This document shows, one piece after another, positions 8,991 through 16,729 of a stretch of 32,000 nt of DNA (positions within the stretch are counted from its first letter, which is position 1; each line of letters begins with the position of its first letter). The translations under genes and the position numbers were made by a program. The notes beneath the pieces were generated by a model that saw only the letters and a program-made list of their open reading frames with translations, searched no databases and was not told the origin of the DNA. Source of the DNA: Desulfobulbus propionicus DSM 2032 (GTDB taxonomy: Bacteria > Desulfobacterota > Desulfobulbia > Desulfobulbales > Desulfobulbaceae); assembly GCF_000186885.1 (NCBI RefSeq), contig NC_014972.1, forward strand, positions 2,400,001 to 2,432,000, written 5' to 3'.

Positions 8991-9904
8991 CAGGCCTCCA
9001 CCACCTTGATCCGCGCCAGGGCCATCTCGCCCAGCCCCAGGGCGTGGGCCGCCACCGTCGATTCGATCGCCTCGGGCGGGAGATCGAACAGGGTGGTGGC
9101 GTAGGCGTCGGCGGCCACCGGATCCACCGAGGCGATCAGGGTATCGGTCTGGCGCACGTCCTTGAGATCGCCGCCCTGGGGACCGTTGGCGAGAAGGATG
9201 CGGCTGGCGTCGATCAGGGTCAGCTTGGGCCGGATCACCGTGGCCAGGTCAGCCAGGCTCTGGCCGAGCTGGTGGTGGAGCTGGCCACGGTTGCCGCCGA
9301 TCACCCCCATGCTGTTCTTCAGCCCCAGGGTCAGCCGGGACAGACCGTGGTGCTTGGCCACCGGCAGGTTGATGTAGCAGTCGCAGTCCAGGGCCTCCTT
9401 GTAGATCTCCCACCGGGTGAGCACCTTGCCCCGCTCGATCCGCACCGGCACGAACTTGCGCTGGTCGATGTGTTCGATCACTGCCCGCGCATCGCCCAGG
9501 TCGTGGATCGCCCGTTCGATGCCGCTGCTCGCGTAGCAACGGCGCTGCTCGTTGCAGGTCCGGTCAAAGACCAGCACTTTTTTCGCTCCGGCCTCCAGGG
9601 CCTGGGCCACCACCGCCCGTACCACCTGCGGATGGGTGTTGGCCCCCTGTTCCGGGGTGCGGTCCCAGCCGATGTTCGGCTTGACCACCACCCGGTCGCC
9701 CGGCCGGACGAACCGCCGCATGCCGCCCAGCGGTCGCAGCACCCGCTCGACCAGGGCGGCATAGTCCTGGCCCTTGGCCACGCCGAGTACCGGGGACGGC
9801 TGCTCGGCGGCCAGGACTTCGGGCACGATGGTGAACCGGGGAATGGTCAGGGTGGCTCCGGCCGACCAGAGCATCACATCGCGGATGAATTGCCGTCTGT
9901 CCAT
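8990..9904 (-). CDS. Tat-signal DUF362 domain protein (304 aa)
   Basis: The listed ORF runs to 10045. I prefer ATG 9904 (MDRRQFIRDVMLWSAGATLTIP, a twin-arginine motif) because AGGAGG lies just upstream. The DUF362-like body includes RVVVKPNIGWDR, LPVAKHHGLSRLTLGLKNSMGVIGG and ASVDPVAADAY. Its stop shares one base with the downstream ATG (TGATG). Confidence 0.85.
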   Translation of the reverse strand: MDRRQFIRDVMLWSAGATLTIPRFTIVPEVLAAEQPSPVLGVAKGQDYAALVERVLRPLGGMRRFVRPGDRVVVKPNIGWDRTPEQGANTHPQVVRAVVAQALEAGAKKVLVFDRTCNEQRRCYASSGIERAIHDLGDARAVIEHIDQRKFVPVRIERGKVLTRWEIYKEALDCDCYINLPVAKHHGLSRLTLGLKNSMGVIGGNRGQLHHQLGQSLADLATVIRPKLTLIDASRILLANGPQGGDLKDVRQTDTLIASVDPVAADAYATTLFDLPPEAIESTVAAHALGLGEMALARIKVVEA

Positions 9905-10112
9905 GGCCTGTCCTCCTGGAATGAACGGCTCGCCCACGGGAGGCGAACCGGTTGATGGTGCCGGGACACGGGATCGGGCATCCGGGTCGATTGGTGCCAC
10001 ACCGTTCCTGGTCAACCCATCACAACACCTTGATTCTCTGTACAAGTCCCCATCGCGTTGGTCAACATCTTTTCATCCTCCCCGGCCCGCCCGGCATGCA
10101 CCGGCGAGCGCC

Positions 10113-10754
10113 TCAGCCGCCCAGCACCGGGAACAGCTGCCGGAGGCCGTGGGCAATGAACTCCACCCCCATGGCGGCCATGATCAGGCCCATCAACCGG
10201 GTGACGATGTTGATGCCCGTTCTGCCCAGCAGCTGGGTGATGGTCGGCGCCAGCCGGAACAGCAACGCGGTCAGGAAAACCAAAAGGACGATCACCACGC
10301 ACATGGAAAGGTAGTGCATGGCCGAGTCGTGACGCTGGGCATAGAGGATGACCGTGCTGATCGCACCGGGTCCGGCCAGCAGCGGCGTGCCCAGGGGAAC
10401 CACGGCCACGCTGTCGCGCTCGGCCGAGTCGAGTTCCTCCTCCTTGGTCTGTTTGACGTTGCTGATCTTGGCGTTGAGCATGGAGATCGCCATCAGCAGG
10501 ATGAGGATACCGCCGCCCACGCGGAAGGAGTCCACCGAGATGCCGAAGAACCGCAGGATGGCCTCGCCGCTGAACAGGACCACCACCAGGATGATACCCA
10601 TGGACAGGGCCGCCATGGAGCCGTTCCTGTTGCGGGTTCGGTCGTCCTGGCTGGTGGTCATGTTGATGAAGATCGGCAGCATGCCCACCGGATTGACGAT
10701 CGCCAGCAGGGCGATGAAAAATTTGAGGTATTCGTTGATCGTGCCGCTATCCAT
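10113..10754 (-). CDS. MarC family (UPF0056) integral membrane protein (213 aa)
   Basis: FFIALLAIVNPVGMLPIFINMT and PLGTPLLAGPGAISTVIL are typical MarC-family motifs. About 6 TM helices. Confidence 0.85.
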   Translation of the reverse strand: MDSGTINEYLKFFIALLAIVNPVGMLPIFINMTTSQDDRTRNRNGSMAALSMGIILVVVLFSGEAILRFFGISVDSFRVGGGILILLMAISMLNAKISNVKQTKEEELDSAERDSVAVVPLGTPLLAGPGAISTVILYAQRHDSAMHYLSMCVVIVLLVFLTALLFRLAPTITQLLGRTGINIVTRLMGLIMAAMGVEFIAHGLRQLFPVLGG

Positions 10755-10807
10755 CCTGCTTTGTTTCCTTTTTTTCTCGGATTGTTTGTCCGTCGGGGCG
10801 AAAAAGA

Positions 10808-11353
10808 TCAGTAGCTGTTCCGGCTGCTCATCTCTTCCGCCTGTTTTCTTCTTTTCGGCCGTAGCGGGTCGCCCTCCCTGGCATAGCCAAGGGTGATGAC
10901 CAGGCCGATCCGCCTGCTTGCCGGGATGTGGAGCAGTTTCTTGATGGCCTGCTCGTCAAACCAGCCGAGCATGCAGGTTCCCAGTCCCAGTTCTGTCGCC
11001 CGCAGGCAGAACTGGCTGGCGGCGATGCCGATGTCGATCAGGGGAAATTCCCGGTCCTTGAGCCGGGCGCCGATCTGGGTGATCACCCGTGGCTTCTCGA
11101 TTACCAACACGGCGAGCACCGGCGCCTCGGGTGCGAACTTATTGAACGAAACCAAGGCACTGAAAGTGGCACGAGCCACCTTGTCCTTAAGGTCGGGGTC
11201 GGTGACCAGGATCAGTTTCCACGGTTGGGAATTGGAGGCCGAGGGCGCGAGCCGCACCGCCTCGATCAGCTGCGCCAGCTTTTCCTCTTCAACCGGCTGG
11301 TCGGCATAGCTTCTGACGCTCTGGCGGAGCGCGATCAATCGGGCAACATCCAT
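10808..11353 (-). CDS. Nitroreductase family protein (181 aa)
   Basis: RQSVRSYADQPVEEEKLAQLIEAVRLAPSASNSQPWKLILV is the classic FMN nitroreductase N-terminal motif. AGGAG lies upstream of the ATG. Confidence 0.88.
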   Translation of the reverse strand: MDVARLIALRQSVRSYADQPVEEEKLAQLIEAVRLAPSASNSQPWKLILVTDPDLKDKVARATFSALVSFNKFAPEAPVLAVLVIEKPRVITQIGARLKDREFPLIDIGIAASQFCLRATELGLGTCMLGWFDEQAIKKLLHIPASRRIGLVITLGYAREGDPLRPKRRKQAEEMSSRNSY

Positions 11354-11390
11354 GGTCTGTCTCCTGCGAATTGCTGATCAAACGGGATGG

Positions 11391-11834
11391 CTACGGTTGC
11401 AGCAGCTTCAGCCCCAGCGGTTCCTCGACCGCCCGACGCGCCGAGCTCCCCACCAGCTCGTGGACGATCACCTCCATGACGTGCCACACCCGCACCCCGG
11501 TGCGAATGCAACCGGTGATTGTCTGGCCGCCCCGGCCGCATGCCATGTGCAGATGCACCAGCGGCGTCCCCTGCTCGTCGCGGAACAGGGTACCGACCCC
11601 GGCCACCTCATGGGCGTGTTCAAGCGGCCAGTGCATGGCTTCCAACGGCAGGCCGCGATCCTCCCTGGGCCCGACCACCAGCCGGCTGCCGTCATCTGCC
11701 CCGCCGACCACCAGCAGCGAGGCGGCCTCGATCTGCTGTTCGGCGGCGAACCGTTCGATCACCTCGTGGACGATCTCGCCGTCCTCCAATCGGACAATGA
11801 ACACCCTGCCCTGCCGGGCCTGTGCAAATCGCAT
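11391..11834 (-). CDS. PPC (DUF296) domain protein (147 aa)
   Basis: The listed ORF runs to 11939. I prefer ATG 11834 (MRFAQARQGRVFIVRLEDGEIVHEVIERFAAEQQI) because GGGGAGGAGAG lies upstream. GRVFIVRL..GE.....I..F and G.GT....EQGTPLVHLHMA match the PPC/DUF296 fold pattern. Confidence 0.75.
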   Translation of the reverse strand: MRFAQARQGRVFIVRLEDGEIVHEVIERFAAEQQIEAASLLVVGGADDGSRLVVGPREDRGLPLEAMHWPLEHAHEVAGVGTLFRDEQGTPLVHLHMACGRGGQTITGCIRTGVRVWHVMEVIVHELVGSSARRAVEEPLGLKLLQP

Positions 11835-12098
11835 CGTTCTCTCCTCCCCTCCCGGGCTTGAATGGACCATCGCCGCCCCGCCCCGGACATCGCGCGGGTG
11901 GCCGATTGTTCCATCATACCGTGGAACCGGACGGAACACATCAGGGAACTGCGGTCTGACCGGCCAGCGCCCGGTGTCAGCGAGCGCCTTGGTGTTTCCT
12001 TTGCCTGCCGCCGATCACTATCGCCGCAGTTTTCTGTGGTGTTTTCCGCTTCTATCCTCTATACATTGAAAATCATTCCCATCAACCAGGAGGCTGCC

Positions 12099-14924
12099 AT
12101 GGTATCCGGAACGTACAAGACCTTCCACCAGCGGATCAAGCCGCATATCCCCGCCGACCAGATCATCACCGACCCCCTGCGCACCGTCACCTTCGGCACC
12201 GACGCCAGTTTCTACCTGCTGGTGCCCAAAATCGTGATCAACGTCAACACCGAGGCCGAGGTGCAGCTGATCCTGCGCGAAGCCGGCCGGCTGCGGCTGC
12301 CGGTCACCTTCCGTGCCGCCGGCACCAGCCTCTCCGGCCAGGCGATCACCGACTCGATCCTGGTTCGGCTCGGTCCGGGCTGGAACCGCTTTCGAGTGTT
12401 CGCCAACGCCAGCAAGATCCAGCTCCAACCGGGGATCATCGGCGGCCACGCCAACCGCATCCTGGCCGAATTCGACCGCAAGATCGGCCCGGACCCGGCC
12501 TCGATCGACAGCGCCAAGATCGGCGGCATCCTGGCCAACAACGCCAGCGGCATGTGCTGCGGGGTGGAACAGAACAGCTACCGCACCCTGGATTCGATGC
12601 GCATCATCCTCGCCGACGGCACCATCGTCGACACCGCCGACGACAAGAGCCGGGCCGCCTGCCGCCGCAGCCACCCTGCCCTGCTCGACGGCCTGGCCGC
12701 GCTGCGCGACCGGGTTCGCGCCGATCAAGAGCTGGCGGAGCGCATCCGTTACAAGTTCAAAATCAAAAACACCACCGGCTACAGCCTCAACGCCCTGGTC
12801 GATTTCGACGACCCTTTCGACATCATGCAGCATCTGATGATCGGCTCCGAGGGCACGCTCGGTTTCATCGCCGACGTGGTCTACCGCACCGTGATCGAGC
12901 ATCGCCACAAGGCCAGCGCCCTGATCTTTTACCCGGATATCCGCACCGTCTGCGAGGCGGTGGTCATCCTCCAGCAGCAGCCGGTGGCGGCCGCCGAACT
13001 GATCGACCGTGCCGGCCTGGCCTCGGTCACCGGCAAGCCGGGCATGCCGCCCTTCCTGGCCGAGCTTGATCCGGGCGTCACCGCCCTGCTGATCGAGACC
13101 CGAGCGGAGACCGCCGAGGCACTTCGTGCCCAGATCGAACAGATTACCGCAAGCCTGGCCGATCTGCCCACGGTGCGGCCAATCGAGTTCACCGCCATTG
13201 CCGAGGAGTACACCCAACTGTGGAAGATCCGCAAGGGGCTGTTCCCGGCGGTGGGCGCGGTCCGCCAGACCGGCACCACGGTCATCATCGAGGACGTGGC
13301 CTTTCCCATCGAACACCTGGCCAATGCCACCCTCGATCTCCAGGAGCTGTTCCGCAAATATGGCTATACCGAGGCGATCATCTTCGGCCATGCCCTGGCC
13401 GGCAACCTCCACTTTGTCTTTACCCAGGATTTTTCCATCCAGACAGAGGTGGTCCGCTACCGCGACTTCATGGACGGGGTGGTGCGCCTGGTGGCGGAGA
13501 AATACGACGGCTCGCTCAAGGCCGAACACGGCACCGGCCGCAACATGGCGCCTTTTGTGGAGAAGGAGTGGGGCGAGGCCGCCTTTGGCCTGATGCAGGA
13601 GATCAAAGCCCTGTTCGACCCCCAGGGGCTGCTCAATCCAGGCGTCATTCTCAACGCTGACCTCGAAGCCCATATCAAGGACCTCAAGCCCCTGCCGCCC
13701 ACCCACGAATTGGTGGACAAGTGCATCGAGTGTGGCTTCTGCGAGCCGGTCTGCCCGTCGAAGAACCTCACCTTTACCCCTCGGCAGCGCATCGCCGGCC
13801 GCCGCGAGATCAGCCGGCGGCTGGCGGCCAATGCCGGCCAGCGGGAGGTGCAGCGGCTGATCAAGGCTTACCGCTATCCGGGCATGGACACCTGCGCCGC
13901 CGACGGCCTCTGCGCCACCCTCTGCCCGGTGGGGATCGACACCGGCAAGATGGTCAAGAGCCTGCGCGAGGAGGCCAACGGCCAGCTGGCCAAGGCGGTT
14001 TCCCGGTACGTGGCCGATCATTTCAAGGGCGTGACCCGCTCGGTGAGCGGCTTGCTCGACACGGTGGATGGGGTCCACCGTTTGGTCGGCACGCCGATGA
14101 TGGAACAGGCCACGCAGCTGGCCCGCACCGTCAGCGGCGGCCTGGTGCCCCTGTGGAACCGGGAAATGCCCGCCGGCGTGCCCGCCCTGCGCCCGCCAGC
14201 TCCTGCCGGAGAACTCCAGGTGGTTTATTTTCCCAGCTGCGCCAGCCGGGCCATGGGCGGGCCGGCCCGCCACGACCTCGAACGCACCGGCCTGCCGCAC
14301 AAGACCTTGGCCCTGCTCGCCAAGGCAGGTTACGGCGCGATCCTGCCCGAGCGGGTGGAGGCGCTCTGCTGCGGCCAGGCCTTTGAGAGCAAGGGGTTGA
14401 TGCGCCAGGCCGATGCCAAGGCCGACGAACTGAGCGATGCCCTGCTCAAGGCCACCCGTGACGGCGAGCTGCCGGTGCTGTGCGACACCAGCCCCTGCCT
14501 GCAGCGGATGCGCAACACCCTCGACAAGCGGCTGAGACTCTATGAACCGGTGGAATTCGTGCTCGAATTTCTCCAGGATCGGCTGGTGTTTGCCCGCAGG
14601 AAGGAACGGATCGCCCTCCATGCCACCTGCAGTACCCGCAAGATGGGGCTGGACGGCAAGCTGCGCCAACTGGCGCAACTCTGCGCCAAGGAGGTGGTGG
14701 TGCCCGAGGATATTCACTGCTGCGGCTTTGCCGGCGACCGCGGCTTCAACTTCCCGGAACTCAACCGCGCGGCCCTAGCTGGCCTGAAAGAGCAGGTCTA
14801 CGGCTGCGAAACCGGCTATTCCACCAGCAAGACCTGCGAGATCGGCCTGGCCCTGCACGCCGAGATCCCCTACCGTTCGATCCTCTATCTGGTGGACGAG
14901 GTGACCGACCCCTTGCCTGCCTAG
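12099..14924 (+). CDS. FAD-binding plus (Fe-S)-binding oxidoreductase, a GlcD-GlcF fusion (Dld-II / YdiJ-like putative D-lactate/2-hydroxyacid dehydrogenase, 941 aa)
   Basis: The listed ORF starts at 11862. I prefer ATG 12099 with AGGAGG at 12088-12093. It has an FAD-linked oxidase N-terminus (RAAGTSLSGQA, IGGILANNASG, EHGTGRNMAPF), a 2x[4Fe-4S] motif pair (CIECGFCEPVCP, CAADGLCATLCP) and two CCG cysteine-rich repeats (ALCCGQAF, IHCCGFAGDRG). Confidence 0.88.
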   Translation: MVSGTYKTFHQRIKPHIPADQIITDPLRTVTFGTDASFYLLVPKIVINVNTEAEVQLILREAGRLRLPVTFRAAGTSLSGQAITDSILVRLGPGWNRFRVFANASKIQLQPGIIGGHANRILAEFDRKIGPDPASIDSAKIGGILANNASGMCCGVEQNSYRTLDSMRIILADGTIVDTADDKSRAACRRSHPALLDGLAALRDRVRADQELAERIRYKFKIKNTTGYSLNALVDFDDPFDIMQHLMIGSEGTLGFIADVVYRTVIEHRHKASALIFYPDIRTVCEAVVILQQQPVAAAELIDRAGLASVTGKPGMPPFLAELDPGVTALLIETRAETAEALRAQIEQITASLADLPTVRPIEFTAIAEEYTQLWKIRKGLFPAVGAVRQTGTTVIIEDVAFPIEHLANATLDLQELFRKYGYTEAIIFGHALAGNLHFVFTQDFSIQTEVVRYRDFMDGVVRLVAEKYDGSLKAEHGTGRNMAPFVEKEWGEAAFGLMQEIKALFDPQGLLNPGVILNADLEAHIKDLKPLPPTHELVDKCIECGFCEPVCPSKNLTFTPRQRIAGRREISRRLAANAGQREVQRLIKAYRYPGMDTCAADGLCATLCPVGIDTGKMVKSLREEANGQLAKAVSRYVADHFKGVTRSVSGLLDTVDGVHRLVGTPMMEQATQLARTVSGGLVPLWNREMPAGVPALRPPAPAGELQVVYFPSCASRAMGGPARHDLERTGLPHKTLALLAKAGYGAILPERVEALCCGQAFESKGLMRQADAKADELSDALLKATRDGELPVLCDTSPCLQRMRNTLDKRLRLYEPVEFVLEFLQDRLVFARRKERIALHATCSTRKMGLDGKLRQLAQLCAKEVVVPEDIHCCGFAGDRGFNFPELNRAALAGLKEQVYGCETGYSTSKTCEIGLALHAEIPYRSILYLVDEVTDPLPA

Positions 14925-14947
14925 GGTAACCAGGCGGGATTCTGCCG

Positions 14948-16276
14948 CTAGTCCAGCAGGATCTCGCCCTGGCTAAAGGCGCGGGTGATGATGGTCTTGA
15001 GTTCATCGCGCAGCCCCTGGCTGTCGCGGCCCGCATAGGCCCGATACACCCTGGCCGAGATGACGAGGAAGGCATCGACGACCTTGGGGTCGAAATGGCT
15101 GCCCCGGCCCTGGCGGATGAGATCCAGGGCCGCCTCGTAGGAAAGCGGCTGCTTGTAGGGCCGCTTCGAGGTCAGGGCGTCAAAGACATCGGCCACGGCA
15201 AAGATTCGCGCCACCAGCGGAATGGCCTCCCCGGTCAGCCCGTTGGGATACCCGCTGCCGTCGAATTTCTCGTGATGCGCCCCCACCACCTGGGCCGCGT
15301 CGGCCAGCCACATTGATCCATCAATGATCTCCAGCCCGTGGCGCACATGCGCCTGCATCTGGGCAAACTCCCGCGCATCCAACCCGCCCGCCTTGAGCAG
15401 AATCTGGTCGCGAATGCCGATCTTGCCCACATCATGGAGAAAGGCCCCCTTGATCAGGGTCTGGAGCGCGCTGTTTTCCAGACCAAGGACCTCGGCCAAC
15501 CGCACCGCGTACAGGGTGACGCGGAAGTTGTGCGCGTCGGTGTCGCTGTCGCGCTTGGCGATGGCGCTGGCCAAGAGCGACAGGGTACCCAGGTTGGCCT
15601 CCAGCAGGTTGCGGGAAAACAGGGTCAGCTTGCGCACCAGCTGGAGGATGACCGGATAGAGCAGGCCGCTGGTGGCGACGACGATCAGCAGGGCCATGAC
15701 CACGCTGTGCCGCAGCGTCTTCTGCAAGGCCTGCCTGGCGGCCTCGGAGGGGGCGAACACGGCCTCGGCGTAGGCCGGATTCGGGCCTGCCGGATCGGTG
15801 AGCGGCATGACCACTAGCACGTGCAGCCGCTCGCCCACCATGACCACCTCCGCCGCTTCGCCCCCCGGTGGGGGCCGGCGCGGCCGGGAGTGGGCCAGGC
15901 GCTTCACCGCTTCGATCAGGGGATAGCTGTTGGCTGTCCGCTCCTCGCTCTCCCCGGTGCCGGGAACAAAAAATTGCACATAGACAAACTCGCCGTTGGC
16001 CGGTTTGGCCGCGACCGAAAGCCGCTCCTCCAGGGCCTGATGAAAGGCGGCGCGTTGTTCCCTGCCCTGCTCCTGTGCGATTTGGATGGTGCGGGCGATC
16101 AGCAGCTGGATTTCAGCGCGGGTCTCCTCGACCACCTGGGCGCGCAGGTTCTGTTGTTCGCTGTAATAGACCGCCGCCCCGGTCAGCAGACCGATGACCA
16201 CGGCCATCAGCGCCAACCGCAGGGTCAGAACGCGATAGACAAAGGTTTGCAGGGAAAGGGGCCGGGATCTGGTCAT
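14948..16276 (-). CDS. Membrane-anchored HD-GYP domain phosphodiesterase with an N-terminal extracytoplasmic sensor region (442 aa)
   Basis: HD motif (AFLHDVGKIGI) and HHEKFDGSGYPNGL (HD-GYP). Two predicted TM helices flank a ~170-aa N-terminal region. I prefer start ATG 16276 (MTRSRPLSLQTF) with GGAG upstream; the listed ORF runs to 16378. Confidence 0.85.
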   Translation of the reverse strand: MTRSRPLSLQTFVYRVLTLRLALMAVVIGLLTGAAVYYSEQQNLRAQVVEETRAEIQLLIARTIQIAQEQGREQRAAFHQALEERLSVAAKPANGEFVYVQFFVPGTGESEERTANSYPLIEAVKRLAHSRPRRPPPGGEAAEVVMVGERLHVLVVMPLTDPAGPNPAYAEAVFAPSEAARQALQKTLRHSVVMALLIVVATSGLLYPVILQLVRKLTLFSRNLLEANLGTLSLLASAIAKRDSDTDAHNFRVTLYAVRLAEVLGLENSALQTLIKGAFLHDVGKIGIRDQILLKAGGLDAREFAQMQAHVRHGLEIIDGSMWLADAAQVVGAHHEKFDGSGYPNGLTGEAIPLVARIFAVADVFDALTSKRPYKQPLSYEAALDLIRQGRGSHFDPKVVDAFLVISARVYRAYAGRDSQGLRDELKTIITRAFSQGEILLD

Positions 16277-16384
16277 GGCGGGCTCCGTTGCGGAATGGTT
16301 GAGGGGATGCCGGGGCGGCGTTCCCGGCCCTGGCCGGATGGGCGGGCACCACGCCAACCAGTCGCGGCGAAAGGTCAACCGGAG

Positions 16385-16636
16385 TCAGAACTTGAGCAGG
16401 GCGATGAATCCGTAAATGGCAAGGTACAGCGACAACAAGGCGGCCAGCAGCATCGCCAGCCTGCCGAAGAGCAGACCGGACGCCCAGATGAGCAGGGTGG
16501 CAAACGGCATGAGCAGCAGCACGTACAGCGCGGCGTCGGTACACGGCGGCAGCAGCAACAGCACCACCATGACGCCGAAAAAACGATAAAATCCTCGCTG
16601 GGTGGTGTCCACATACACCGGAGAGGTGTTGTCCAT
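16385..16636 (-). CDS. Small hydrophobic membrane protein, function unknown (83 aa)
   Basis: MDNTSPVYVDTTQRGFYRFFGVMVVLLLL...LYLAIYGFIALLKF has 2-3 TM helices. GGAGGA lies 7 nt upstream of ATG 16636. I recognise no family. Confidence 0.5.
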   Translation of the reverse strand: MDNTSPVYVDTTQRGFYRFFGVMVVLLLLPPCTDAALYVLLLMPFATLLIWASGLLFGRLAMLLAALLSLYLAIYGFIALLKF

Positions 16637-16729
16637 GGCAAGGTCCTCCATTGCTTTACCCATAAAGAAAAAAATGGGCGACGTCAAGGCTCGTTGCCGG
16701 TCGACAGCCACGGCAGACCACGGCACGGT

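Noticed and set aside
12018-14717. 899-aa minus-strand ORF opposite the FAD/Fe-S dehydrogenase gene
   Set aside because: The plus-strand frame carries FAD-oxidase, 2x[4Fe-4S] and CCG motifs. The antisense translation has none, and its composition is typical of a shadow frame.
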